Part shown: positions 18,278-31,814 of the stretch, one piece after another
Layout of the letters: every line of letters starts with the position of its first letter
How positions within the stretch are numbered: the stretch's first letter is position 1
DNA from: Nemertoderma westbladi
Lineage: Eukaryota; Animalia; Xenacoelomorpha
NCBI GenBank assembly: GCA_032718475.1
Contig: JAUCBJ010008107.1
Coordinates: forward strand, 1 to 53,002
DNA: 53,002 nucleotides
Direction: 5' to 3'
Made by a program: the position numbers and the translations under genes
The notes under the pieces: model-generated
Seen by the model: the letters and a program-made list of their open reading frames with translations, nothing else
Told to the model about the DNA's origin: nothing
Database searches by the model: none

Positions 18278-19015
18278 TGTAAATTTTTTGATGTGGTCGC
18301 TTTGTGGCTTCCATCTCAGGTATTTTTCGTGCTAAAATCTTCAAATGTTTTTATAATTCACTAAAATTATTTTTGCGCTATATATAGCGGTTTTTTTGCA
18401 CACTGATCACAAATAGTGAACTCAAATATAACATTCTAGAAAATTGTTGGTAATTTTAAATGTGCCCTCTGGGTCACGAAAAAATACGTAGTGCAAATAT
18501 GACAATGAAAAATCACCACAAAATTACATTGATTTTATGACCATATGGTTTTTTTTGGAATGCTGATCACGAATAAAAACAATTTTTTCGATATGTGTCA
18601 ATGTGCGGCACGAAAAATACAAGTAGCAAAAGTTTGATAACCAAAAATCATTACCAAATCAACCTTATTTTTAGACAGTATGGGTTTTCTGGGACGCTAA
18701 TCACGAATATGACACTCAAAAATATCGTATCATCCAACGAAATTCGTTTTTTGCCATTTGAAATGTTTGCTATATACTTGTAATTTTCGTTCTGGAGCAC
18801 TAGAATGGCACCAAAATTGGATTTGCATTACCAGAAATATTTATAACTAGTTTCATCGTAATCATAGCGACCTCGAAAACACGTACGTTCAGAATTATCA
18901 AACCAAACACAAATTTTTTTAGTTTGACATTTTTACTTGTACTTTTCATACTGGGGGACTAAATATTGGGGAATAATGGTTGATTTTCCAGAAAATATTT
19001 TTAACAAGTTTTATA

Positions 19016-19640
19016 GTACTACTACTACTAGGTCGAGCGAACTCGGACAGTGGAAATGAGATCCTTCCAGGCTTCCCGATTCTCCATAGTTGTCGCAATT
19101 TCGTTTCTCCCAAGTTCAGTATCCCTTTCAAGTTGATCTATATATGTTATGGCCGGTCGTCCACGACTATGCTTTCCATGAGTTGGTTGCCAGAGAAGTA
19201 GATCTGGTATGACCTCGTCTTTATTTCGCCAGCAGTGCCCACTGAATTTTAATCTGCGTTCACGGAGGGTGGTTGATACAGGTGGTATTGTACCATAAAG
19301 CTCGGCGTTTGTCATGTGTTGTCTCCAGCTGATGTTTAGGGCTGCCCTTAGTAGTCTTGTGTAGCAACCATCAATCAATTCGTTGTTCAAGTGATTTAGT
19401 CAGTGTCCAGGTCTCACCCCCGTATAAAAATACACTTTCCACTGTGGCTCGAAAGAACTTAGTCTTCAGGTGCCTGGAGAGATCTGATTTCCAGATGGTA
19501 TCCATTTTTGATAGAGCTACCCAAGCCTTTGCTTTCCTAACTTCTATGTCCTTTTTGCTACTCTCTATCCATGATCCAAGGTACTGGAAGTCATCGACCT
19601 TCCTTAGTTGATTATTATCAATGGTTGTTAAGTTCCCATT
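19016..19640 (-). mobile_element. 5'-truncated RTE-like LINE with intact 3' end and (TAG)n tail
   Basis: VDDFQYLGSWI...KAKAWVALSKMDTIWKS...FLYGGETWTLT, then a frameshift near 19375, then DGCYTRLLRAALNISW...RRLKFSGHCWR...GRP, ending in TAGTAGTAGTAG. Confidence 0.9.
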
Positions 19641-19929
19641 TTTTATAGTGATGACCTCTAAAACCCTATTATTTAGTAGGTTCAGCCACTCTCCTTCACT
19701 TTTCATAATAAATTCTAAATTATTCGTGCATTAACTTGTTAGTACAATGATTCATTCTGCCCATTCATTGTTTACTACTAATATATTATATAGGTAGTAA
19801 ACAATGAACGGGCAGCGATTGAAAGGGTTTGTTCAGGTTTTGGAAGACACATATAGATCGTTGGAAACTTAAGGTTCGATTATTTGGGACTACTACTACT
19901 ACAGTATAACCGCGGCCTGCTGCATTGAA

Positions 19930-21075
19930 GCTGCACATTGAGATGCTATGCCGAGTTGTCACCAACCATGCAATCCACAATTAGCAAGCCCAATGCAGCG
20001 TGCATTAAGAATGCTGTGCCAGCTTATCAACAAAGTTGCACCGCCACAACTCCGTATCCCCATGACTTTCGCGAGATTATGTGCATCTTCAAGGCCAGTG
20101 TCCTTTCGAAGACGTCTCGCGAAAGTCATTAGCTGCCACCATGCTTGTATTCTCCATCTGCGGCTGCCAAGGCACAAGATTGTATACATGCTGGTCCTCT
20201 CGTAAAAAAAAATGTTCTGCAAAGCGGAGGCGTCTTTGTTCTAGTTGGACTCCCATAGAGTGTAAACGATACGACAGCATATTAGCGATACAGCGATACA
20301 AAATAGCATATTAAGTAACTTTTTAATCAACCCGCCACCACTTAAACTTAACCTTCTAATATATTTTCCTCTCTCCCTCCTCCACACATCCCCTCACACA
20401 TACAATCAGCTATCTATTTCTACAACCCAGTTGAATCCCACAAAAGGCACCAAATACTAACAATGAAGTTTCCGATTAATTCTCTGTGACTTCCAAATCC
20501 TAAAAAGCCCATTCAATGCTGCCCATCCCTTACGTATTCGAAGATCCTCACCTGAATTCCGGATCCATGATCCCAGGTAACAGAAGTCATCCACATGCTC
20601 AAGCATACCATCTGTTGAGCTTATGCTCATCCGATCAGAAACTTTCTGAGGACTTTCAAAGTTAACTGTCAAAATTTGACAAAAAGACGAACACTTGAAA
20701 CAGCCTGTTCTAATGAGCTGATGAGCCGTTGGGCTCCCTCTAGTGATTCTGAGAGTACTCCTAAGTCATCAGCAAAGTCTAGATCAGTTAGGTACTTGGC
20801 AGGATTTCCTCGACTTCTGGATCCAGTAGGTGGAATTACCATCACCCCATCATCATTATGATGATCTAAGGACATGCGTAGAACATAGTCAACCACAATA
20901 ATGAACAAGAATGGTGCAAGTGTGTCTCCTTGGAGGACGCCCCATAACACTTCAAATGGTTCTGTGTCACCGTCAACAGTAGACACAAATGTCGTCGAAC
21001 CATCGTATACTGATTTGATTGCTGCAATAATTTCATCAGGAATCCCATATAATGAAAGTATGCTGAACATACGTG
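19930..21075 (-). mobile_element. Fragmented RTE-like LINE including the RT core
   Basis: GVLQGDTLAPFLF and DLDFADD (20669-21075), VDDFCYLGSWIR (20457-20672), and C-terminal RRLRFAEH...KDTGLEDA (19930-20260). Same family as the 10900-11520 copy. Confidence 0.85.
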
Positions 21076-21599
21076 AGCGAGAGACTATTTGGGAGTCCAT
21101 GCTGGTAATGTATGGCGGCGCAATTTTGTTATTAAACCGGCATTTCATTATTAATACAAGCTGCATCGCAGTGTGCCTATTGTGGATTGCATGGTAGTGA
21201 CAAAATGTTTTTGTTAAGCTGGCATAGTATCTCAATGAACAGCTGCATATTGCAGCAGGCCGATTGTAGTAGTTGTAGTTGTAGTAAAAAGTTAATAGGA
21301 GCGTGTGGGCGGCTGATCTAGTGTGCCGAAGAGGGGCAGCATGGACAAACGTAGTACGTGATATTGGTCCTCGGAGGAACGGTTGCTACAGTGACAGCAA
21401 CAATACGACCCGGGTAGGATGTGGAATGAGCGATTGTCGGTCTAGATAGGCAACCCGTGAGCTATAGCGCGTTATGATAATCACATGATATAATGTAACA
21501 TATGATAATATGATATAAGTTCTATGATAGAACTAGTTAACAAGACGCATCTGTTGCGCATGCAGGGTAGAGCTTGGTTTTAGCAAAAAGATCTGGAAT

Positions 21600-21890
21600 A
21601 GGAACAACATGGAATGAGATACATTGATTAATTAACATATGAGGTACTGCATTTGTTATGTAAACAATGTATCGTATGTCATGAACCCTGTTTCGCCGTA
21701 TGGTGTATGTACCATCCAGTGTATTCTGCATAGTAGGATATATCTGCCATATAGCAGGAATAAATTTACCTTTAGAGAAGGTGTTTTCTTTGTGATTTCA
21801 AAAACTTGTATTGTTAATTTAATGCGGACCCGTTCCTTGCCTTTTCGTAGTCGGGGCCTTTCAGCTGATCTCCGAATTCAAGACCCTAGT
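21600..21890 (-). mobile_element. Highly decayed RTE-like ORF2 C-terminal fragment
   Basis: LGS*IRRS...LRKGK, FLLYG and LDGTYT..RNRVH remnants appear in the expected order. Confidence 0.5.
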
Positions 21891-24723
21891 ATAGCTACAG
21901 TACAGCAGTACTTGTAGTCTAGTAGCATATTAGCCTAGTAGCTACAGTAACCTAGTAGCTACTGCAGTCTAGTACCCTAGTAGCTACAGTAACCTAGTAG
22001 CTACTGTAGACTAGTAGCTACAGTAGTCTAGTAGCCTGGTAGCAACAGTAGCGTAGTAGCAGCTACAATAGCCTAGTGGCTACTGTAGTCTAGTAGCTAC
22101 AGTAACCTAGTAGCTACTGTAGACTAGTAGCTACAGTAGTCTAGTAGCATGGTAGCTACAGTACCTAGTAGCAGCTACAATAGCCTAGTATCTGAAGTAG
22201 CCTAGTAGCTACAATAGCCTAGTAGCTACAGTAGCCTGGTAGCTACAGAAGCTCAGTAGCTACAAGAGCCTAGTAGCTACAATAAACTAGATGCTGCAGT
22301 AGCCTAGTAGATACGGTAGCCTAGTAGCTACAGTATCCTAGTAGCTACAATAGCCTAGTAGCAACAGTGGCATACTAGATACAGTAGCCTAATAGCTACA
22401 GTAGCCTAGTAGCTACAGTAGCCTAGTAGCTACAGTAGCCTAGTAGCGACAGTTACCTAGTAGCTATAGTAACCTAGTAGTTACAGTAGTCTAGTAGCTG
22501 CAGTAGCCTAGTAGCTACAGTAGCCCAGTAGCTACAATAGCCTAGTATCTGAAGTAGTCTAGTAGCTACAGTAGCCTAGTAGCGACAGTAGTCTAGTAGC
22601 GACAGTAACCTAGTAGCTACAGTTACCTAGTAGCTACAATAGCCTATTAGCTACAGTAGTCTAGTACCTACAGTAACCTAGTAGCTACAGTGGCCTAGTA
22701 GCTACTGTAGCCTAGTAGCTGCAGTAGCCCAGTAGCTACAATAGCCTAGTATCTGAAGTAGTCTAGTAGCTACAGTAGCCTAGTAGCGACAGTAACCTAG
22801 TAGCTACAGTTACCTAGTAGCTACAATAGCCTATTAGCTACAGTAGTCTAGTACCTACAGTAACCTAGTAGCTACAGTGGCCTAGTAGCTACTGTAGGCT
22901 AGTAGCTGCAGTAGCCCAGTAGCTACAATAGCCTAGTATCTGAAGTAGTCTAGTAGCTACAGTAGCCTAGTAGCGACAGTAACCTAGTAGCTACAGTTAC
23001 CTAATAGCTACAATAGCCTATTAGCTACAGTAGTCTAGTACCTACAGTAACCTAGTAGCTACAGTGGCCTAGTAGCTACATTTACCTAGTAGCTACAGTA
23101 GCCTAGTAGTTATAATAGCACAGTAGCTACAGTAGCCTAGTAGCTACAGTAGCCTGGCAGCTACAGAAGCTCAGTAGCTACAATAGCCTAGTAGCTACAG
23201 TAACCTAGAAGCTGCAATAGCCTAGTAGCTACAGTAGCCTAGTAGCTGCAGTAGCCTAGTAGCTACAGTATCCTAGTAGCTACAGTAGCCTGGTAGCTAC
23301 AGAAGCTCAGTACTACAATAGCCTAGTAGCTACAGTAGCCTGGTAGCTACAGAAGCTCAGTACTACAATAGCCTAGTAGCTACAGTAACCTAGAAGCTGC
23401 AGTAGCCTAGTAGCTACAGTAGCCTAGTAGCTACAGTAGCCTAGTGGCCACAGTAGCCAAGAAGCTACAGTAGCCTAATAGCTACAGTAGCCTAGTAGCT
23501 ACAGTAGCCTAGTAGCTACAGTAACCTAGTAGCTACTGTAGTCTAGTAGCGTAGTAGCTACATTAACCTAGTAGCTACTGTAGACTAGTAGCTGCAGTAG
23601 TCTAGTAGCCTGGTAGCTACAGTAGCCTAGTAGCAGCTACAATAGCCTAGTAGCTACTGTAGTCTAGTAGCCTAGTAGCTACAGTAACCTAGTAGCTAAT
23701 GTAGACTAGTAGCTACAGTAGTCTAGTAGCCTGGTAGCTACAGTAGCCTAGTAGCAGCTACAATAGCCTAGTATCTGAAGTAGCCTAGTAGCTACAATAG
23801 CCTAGTAGCTACAGTAGCGTGGTAGCTACAGAAGCTTAGTAGCTACAAGAGCCTAGTAGCTACAATAAACTAGATGCTGCAGTAGCCTAGTAGCTACAGT
23901 AGCCTAGTAGCTACAATAGCCTAGTAGCAACAGTAGCATACTAGCTACAGTAGCCGAATAGCTACAGTAGCCTAGTAGCTACAGTAGCCTAGTAGCTACA
24001 TTTACCCAGTAGCTACAGTAGCCTAGTAGCTACAATATCACAGTAGCCTAGTAGCTACAATAACCTAGTAACTACAGTAGTCTAGTAGCCTAGTAGCTAC
24101 AGTAACCTAGTAGCTACTGAAGACTAGTAGCTACAGTAGTCTAGTAGCCTAGTAGCTAAAGTAGCCTAGTAGCTACAATAGCCTAGTATCTGAAGTAGCC
24201 TAGTAGCTACAATAGCCTAGTATCTGAAGTAGCCTATTAGCTACAATAGCCTAGTAGCTACAGTAGCCTAGTAGCTACAGTAGCCTAGTAGCTACAGTAG
24301 CCTAGTAGCTACAGTAGCCTAGTAGCTACAGTAGCCTAGTAGCTACAGTAGCCTAGTAGCTACAGTAACCTAGTAGCTACAGTAGCCTAGTACCTACAAT
24401 AGTCTAGTATCTACAGTAACCTAGTAGGTACAGTAGACTTCTAGCTACAGTAGTAGTCTAGTAGCTACAGTAGCTACAATAGCCTAGTATCTGAAGTAGC
24501 CTAGTAGCTACAATAGCCTAGTATCTGACGTAGCCTAGTTTCTACAATAGCCTAGTATCTGAAGTAGCCAAATAGCTACAATAGCCTAGTATCTGAAGTA
24601 GCCTAGTAGCTACAATAACCTAGTAGCTACAGTAGCCTAGTAGCTACAATAGCCTAGCATCTGAAGTAGCCTAGTAGCTACAGTAACCTAGTAGCTACAG
24701 TAGCCTAGTAGCAACAGTAACCT
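21889..24723. repeat. 17-bp minisatellite (TAGCCTAGTAGCTACAG) with higher-order repeats
   Basis: About 2.8 kb of degenerate 17-mers (8+9 subunits). Variant blocks recur at 187-bp spacing (22718/22905) and at ~1.58-kb spacing. Confidence 0.97.
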
Positions 24724-24759
24724 GTGTTAGGTGTTAGTAACTGTGTCGTCGTGTTATGT

Positions 24760-25102
24760 TGCCCTTCCTGGGAACTGGCACCAAATTATTTGTTTTCATT
24801 TCTTGTGGGACTCGTGTTGTTCTGTACATGTCTACTATGATGGGATATATGAGCTTTTAACACCCAGGTATTTTAAAGACCTCAGGGGGAACACCATCTA
24901 CTCCACTGGCACGATTGGTCTTAATGCTCTTTGCAGCAGGCTTCACTTCTACCAAGGAGATAACGCCAATGGGAATATCTGCCCTGGGAGTACAGACTCG
25001 GACACTTATACTTCTACTTCTATAAAGTTATCAGGCAATACCCTGTCATTATTGAGGAGCTTTTCATAGTGGGCCTTCCAACCATTGAGGCAATCCGCTG
25101 GT
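24760..25102 (-). mobile_element. Decayed LINE fragment, N-terminal part of the RT region
   Basis: WKAHYEKLLN...ISLVEVKPAAKSIKTNRASGVDGVPPEVFK...VPQEMKTNNLVPVPRKG matches the KA.G.DG...E and VP.PKKG motifs of non-LTR RTs. Confidence 0.75.
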
Positions 25103-25410
25103 GAACAAAATTAAAATTCGAATGAAGAGATGGAAACATTGTGGAATATTTAATTAATTATTAGTATTAACTTATAGGTAACATAAATAGGTAACATTTA
25201 AGAGGAAGGGACAGTTTACAGTCAGTGGTACGGTATTCTTACTAAACAATAAATAAAAGTCAATAGCACAGGTTTCAGTTGTTTTATTTTAGTCTTAAAT
25301 AATCCCAGATATAATTAATTACAAGCCAAGGGAAAGGACCTGTACCTGCATTGCTTGTTTCTGAACCATTTGAGTTGCATATATAATTATCGATAATATT
25401 TACGCGATTC

Positions 25411-26010
25411 TGTATATATAGACACCGTGAGATAGGGCCCCAGGGGCGCATGTGTGTCGCACTCTCTTAATAAAACCCGCGGTTCCTTGGCGTAGACACG
25501 CCACCCGTGTAGCGGACGGCAGGGATATGATTCGTAGCACGCGTCGTACCCCGTCGTAAATCCCGCTCGCTACGGCCGCTCTACCAATATATTATTGAAA
25601 CCGCAACGAATGAGTAGGACCGACGTTACTCTTCGCACTGTAACACACTAACACAAAGCGAATCGTCAGCCGTCATGTCAGTTTATTAATGTTGGGAGAG
25701 AAGAGGACGTTAGTTTTCTGTATACACCTCGATGAGGACACGCCTCGATGGATTCTGCATTGTATAATTCCGCTCAGTGCAAACCCAACTTGAGATGAGT
25801 TAGTCCTTAGCGCGAGGTGATTTCGAATGGTTTAATTCCCCGATGATTGTTGCTTGATGGGAGGTTAATAAGCTGGGATAGTGGGTTTGTAATATTCATC
25901 GGAGTCGCTCCGATGCACTACACTGCGCTTCTTATGGGACCTTCATATATACCGGTCCCTTAGGTTAGGATCCTACTTTTATTCTCATCCGTTGCCTCTT
26001 TGTTTATACA
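25411..26010. repeat. Possible solo LTR-like segment (600 bp)
   Basis: GC-richer island bounded by TGTATA...TATACA. No target-site duplication is visible. Confidence 0.25.
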
Positions 26011-27124
26011 AAGTTGTAACGCCAATTGCATTTTCGGAGAGTGCCCCCCCCCCCCCCCCCCCTCCCTCCACTACCCGCCACAACTTTTTAGCGTCTGTGT
26101 GACAATAATGACGGAAGTTAATAATTTACGCTCACGGTAATATCGAACTAAAAGAAAAGTGAGTGAAAAAACTTACATTAATTTGTTTCACAACAATATG
26201 GCTGGCGAATTTATGGGGAGTGGTAGTTTGAGAAGTGGCCTTTTAACGTTAAGGTGTTTCTATATGTGAACAAAGTTACGATCGCTTCTCGCGAGATTAA
26301 TTATATTTACAATTGAATGTTGGAGATTCTATTTTATTGTCTATAACTCAATCGACATTTTCCCGTTTTTTGTTGAAGATATTCATTCATTTTTTACTTT
26401 ATATTCAGTCCAGTTTATGTAATTCTACCAGTTAGTTTTGTCACTGACCTCCGTAGTACTTCCCCTGAAATTTCGATGCGATCTTTTAATTTTATGAGAT
26501 TTTATGTCTGGGAAATAAAGGTATTTGAAAAAATAATTTTACTTATAGTTTTGGGAACCAAAATCTCAAAAAACGTTTGCCACAAGAAAAACAAAACACT
26601 TTTGATACCCAACTTAATATTATACAACTATTATAGACTATTATTATATATACTACTATATTATTTATTACTCCATATTATCTATACTCTATAAATCTAT
26701 TATTTATTATTATATATTACTTATATTATTATATAATATATTGTTAGATATACTATTATACAATACAAGTTTTATTGGCCATTATGTGAAGACCACTGTC
26801 TGAAATAATATCAAATCTAATTGATTTAGAAACAATGGTACTTCTTCATTCAGAAAATTCCGAATAGAATTGGTGAGAAATTCAAATTTCAATTTTCTCC
26901 ATGCAAAATTAAGAATGAAGCCCTATCTAGCCACCAACGAAAACACTAGCTTAAATACCAAGTAAACATTGTTTTTGTAAACAAACTACAGAAACTACCA
27001 TTGAAAATGCTAGGAAACTATAGTGTACCATAGAAACAAAATAAACAATGTCTTATTTAAAAAAATAATTTTTTTAGCTATAGTTTTTTAAAAACAGTAG
27101 CTACCATAAAAATGTATTTAACTT

Positions 27125-27260
27125 GCGATATTTTTACTCTCGATATTTTCACTCTCGATATTTTTACTCGCGATATTTTCGATATTTTTCATCTTGCGGT
27201 AATTTTACTTCCTACATTTTTTGATCGCGATATTATAATTTCGATATTTTTACTCGCGCC
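27125..27260. repeat. Degenerate 15-bp tandem repeat (CGATATTTTTACTC(T/G))
   Basis: Read directly. Probably subterminal repeats of a DNA element ending ...ACTCGCGCC. Confidence 0.7.
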
Positions 27261-27330
27261 AGGTTACCAGTTCGATCCCACCTGGACGTCATTGCTGACT
27301 TTGCAAAGCTGTGCCCAACAAATAAGTTTT

Positions 27331-28069
27331 TACATCATTGCATTGTGTGCAAAGTAGCACTTTGCAGCGTGACCAGAGTTTATTTATGTACCGAGCGAGC
27401 GCAGCGAGGGGGGTTTAGATAAATAAACAAGGTTCTTTAACGCTGAAAAGTGACCTTTGCCACAATGATGTATGTAATTTTGTTACATTATGTCAACTTA
27501 TCAGCGTTCGGTATGTGAAGAAAGGATTTTATGGATGCTCTTTTATACATTTTAATCATGTGCTATATCGAATATAAGTGAAATTTATTAACAGGTACAC
27601 TGGTACAGTATTAATTATACATTTAAATCTAATTAAAGTTTATTGGAAGTTATCTCCTGCATGGATGTGATTAATCATTAATCCATCTTGACTATAATAG
27701 TCGACTGAAGCAAACTGAGTCACCGTCTGTGTCCGTTCAGTTTTACTGAACACTGTCGCCATATTTTCTTTGCTCATTTTCTCTAAAATGTCTTCAATTG
27801 GACGTATAGAATAGAGTCTTACACGTTAAACAATTAATTATTTATATACAGTACCGGTAGCTAGTCCGGTCACTGCAAACAGGATAATAAAGCAGCATTA
27901 CTCATTAACATAAATGGAAATAATACGTTCTGGAATACGGTAATTGAAGTTGTTTCTATGTCATTGATTACTTTGCAGCGTTCCATAGGCCGCAACGCTG
28001 CAAAGTAGTACTTTGCAGCGTTACGAGTAATTCACCAGAACGCTGAAAAGTTGACATAATATAACAAAA
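27331..28069. mobile_element. Foldback / nested-palindrome non-autonomous element
   Basis: A ~140-bp imperfect palindrome (27331-27472) centred on CCGAGCGAGCGCAGCGAGG. A second inverted pair at 27478-27509 / 28038-28069. An inner hairpin TACTTTGCAGCGTT...AACGCTGCAAAGTA at ~27969-28007. Confidence 0.6.
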
Positions 28070-30363
28070 GTTATAATAATATGAAACCACTCATTCACCC
28101 ATAACACAAATAACAAATAATACAAATATAAATGTATAATTTCAATGCATATATACAAACAAAATTATTTTAATACTAAAAAAACTGGAGGTGTCTCCAA
28201 AAAGGTGATGCGCCCCTTCTAAATGACTATTTATATGAAATATAAAGCAAGCGTTTAATAAATTACTAAAGACATACAGATGAAAACAAAGAACGTATGA
28301 GACTAGCCCTGGTGTCAAACTCACTTACACATCGTGCCTAACACTAATTTCAGATACACAAGAATGGGATGTGGAATTATATTTCCAGACGGAGGTATGC
28401 CCCTCCAGATGGTTAGCTTTCTAATCTTTATTATCAAAAGCCGCACCTTTGCTTAGATATCACTGTATAATATAGCGATGCATTAAGTGTTCTTGCGTGA
28501 TGACTTATAGCTATAGGCGATAGTTCTAGGAATGCATTCCACTAGCTTTTAATATGTTAACATATGTTGCGTTAATCAAGTAGTCCATTTAGGGTGTATG
28601 TTACAGTCCTACAGTCAACAGAAGGGTATAGCCTACAGTGTTGGGTAGGCCCTTACCTGCCGGCTTCCATCGGGATTTCGTTTATAAGTCAACATATGTT
28701 GGGTAGCAAGACGCCCTAGGCCTATTGTAAGCCACCCCGATAAATAAATAATTGATCTAGTTAGAAAGTTATAGCGACATAAAAACGCGTTGCTTTGTTG
28801 AAGGGGAATGATAGAGGCAGAAAACTGTCAAGTAATGGGGCCTTTCTCAGCGGTTCAAAGGATCAGATCCAGGCAGAGAGACAGGGTTAATGGGGTGGGC
28901 ATTGCTTCCGGGGTCAGTGGTGGTAATTGCTGAAAAGCAATGGGTGAGCTCCTTCTGGTATTAAATCACAATAATGCTGCGAAATATTTCTTGTGAAAGG
29001 TTGAAAGCGATATTGCGAACAAATACAGTCATTCAAACTTTACTTGTCATTCAAATATTCAGTGATCTTATATATTTATTTAATTTTGAATTAATAAATC
29101 GTATTTTTTTTACTATTGACATTTGTAAATTTATTACTTCATGCATTGGAATGCAAACTTTAGGTTTCAGGTACCCTATATCATCTTCGATCTTTAAATT
29201 TTATTTATTTATTTATACCAAAAAAGGTAGAACTTCTGAAAATAAAGCATAACAAAGGAAATGCATTTTAAGTCAAAAATGTAAATTTTGGCTCTGGCCG
29301 CTAAGGGGCGTCAAAAGTGAATTTTGTTTTGAAAATATTACAATTCAATATAATCCACCCAAAATGTTTTTTACACTTTTTACTACTTATGCGTGGGGGT
29401 CGTCGACCTCTGCGTGGCCTAGGGTTCGGTACGGTGGGGGGACTCCGGCTGGCTCCGGCTGGCTCCGGCTCCAGGGCTATACAATCTGGCCGGGCAGTTC
29501 TAAACCAGAGACATATCAGTGTTGTTATCCTTGCAACAGTGTAATACGATGAGATTCACTGCAGCGAGGAGTGACTTCTCTTAGCACCTACTTTAACTGG
29601 TTTCAACAATGTGCTATTATTTCTTCAGATAGGGGGAGAAACTGGACGCAATAAAAATTAATTCCTCTCCAGGGGAAATTCGACGCAAATAATAGCTGAT
29701 TACTCTCAAAAATAAAACGGTAACCTGTTCTATTGTGTTTAGTTTATTGTTTCGGTTAAAATAACGTGCCACTGTAACCTGCTCCTTTCCCTAAGTTAAG
29801 AATTCGTTGCACATTCGTAGACTATGACATTGTTGAGTTAATTTTATTTTGTAGAATACATTTCTGTATTTTTGTGTAATTTTAGAGCTCGGACAACCAT
29901 AAGTGTTTAATTTTAATAACCTGGTTGTTTTCTCTCCTTATGGACTTTTAATTTAATTTGTTATAAATACATTGAGTGATAATAATAAATAATTATGCTC
30001 TTATTCGCTCTTTAGTGCAGTGAGCATTTCAAAATGTTGACTTCCGAGCAAGTAGCCCCCCCCCCCCCCCCCCCCCTTAACCGGTACGCCTAGGTGTGAA
30101 CATTGGTTTTTTATTTTTGATATATATATATTATTAGGTTTGTTAGCTGAAGCAGGCCGGTGATGCATTCAAGTGTTAGTTGTGTCCCATTCATTTGTGT
30201 ATGTCTAGTATAATGAAGATGTACATTTACAGATTATATTGCATTGTGTGCTGTAATATTACGTTATTTTTCGAGATTATTTCAATTCTACGTATTCATG
30301 TATAATAATATAAAATGCACATAGAAGATGCTATACATAATTATACAAAGTAATAAAAGTATT

Positions 30364-31449
30364 ACAAGGCGCAACCCTGTTTAAATACTGTAAGTAAAAT
30401 TATCTCATTGGTTATATTTTTGCATGTGTTTCGCCGGGATTTGGCTCATCAGTTACACAAACCCGTGAAGAAAATAAAATGTATTTCTCGAATTTATAAT
30501 TTTCTGCACGGGTTAGTTTAGCTGATGAGCCAAATCCTGGCGAAGCACTGTGTTGCGCTTTGTGTCCCTACTTAAGGGGGGGGGGGGGGGGGGGGGGGGG
30601 GTATACCCCCCATGAACCTTTTTTTAATCAAATACAATGAAATATATTATTATAACATTATTTTATTCATTTTACACCGGTATGATAACTGCGACATCTA
30701 ACGGAAGTTAAAAATATTCATTATAACTATTTCAATGTTACGTATGGACGCCAAAGTTTTGTAAACATGTCGGGAAAATCATAGGCTACTTCTCGTAAAT
30801 TGAACGTGTCGTCTGTAAAACTAACGCATTATTTTTATATTTAATAAAATACATATTATATAGTTTTAAATACTGTTGAAAAATAATAATTTTGATTTTT
30901 GTTTTTGGGTTGAGTTACGCAGATAAAATGTAAAATTAACGTGGAAAAAATGGGAAACGAACAGAAAACGCGTCCAACAAACCTCCACACTCATAAATTA
31001 ATGAACCACGGAGTATCAAAGGACTCGGGTTAATACAATCGGAAATACAACGAAATAATTGCATGTTGTATTACGATAGGGCGGCCTGACCAATATCAAG
31101 CAAGTAAAATTAATTGGAAGCGAGAATCAACATGTTCCTATCTGTTCAACCGTAAGTAGTCATCGTTTTATTTAAGCAGGGACACAAGGCGCAACCCTGT
31201 TTAAATACTGTAAGTAAAATTATCTCATTGGTTATATTTTTGCATGTGTTTCGCCGGGATTTGGCTCATCAGTTACACAAACCCGTGAAGAAAATAAAAT
31301 GTATTTCTCGAATTTATAATTTTCTGCACGGGTTAGTTTAGCTGATGAGCCAAATCCTGGCGAAACACTGTGTTGCGCTTTGTGTCCCTACTTAAGGGGG
31401 GGGGGGGGGGGGGGGGGGGGGGGTATACCCCCCATGAACCTTTTTTTAA
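30364..31449. repeat. ~260-bp direct duplication (30364-30627 and 31184-31449) of a hairpin MITE plus poly-G
   Basis: Near-identical copies. The second copy has TTAA-GCAGGGACACAAGGCGCAAC...GTTGCGCTTTGTGTCCCTAC-TTAA termini and a long internal inverted repeat. Confidence 0.85.
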
Positions 31450-31814
31450 AATGGCTGTCAATTAGTATTAAATTATAATATTGCTATTTTGTCATCGTCA
31501 ACCACTGTATGGAAGCCCAAATAGCCTTTATAGTAAAATTTGAAAATTTATAGCATCCCTCTAGCGGTTGGCGGCGGGATTAAAGATTACACTAAAATTG
31601 CTACTAGTCCCTCAATTTTGGTCCCAATTTCTTGAAACCAACTTTTTTGGACTCAGCGTCATCGACTCTACAAAAGCTATCTTATATAATTTTTAATTAG
31701 CCATTTTTATTTTAATTAATTAATTTAATTAATTAATTATCATATTTTTAATTAAAATTGGCTAATTAGAAAAAAAGGTAGTATTTATAAAAATTCCATA
31801 AGATAATTTTAAAA

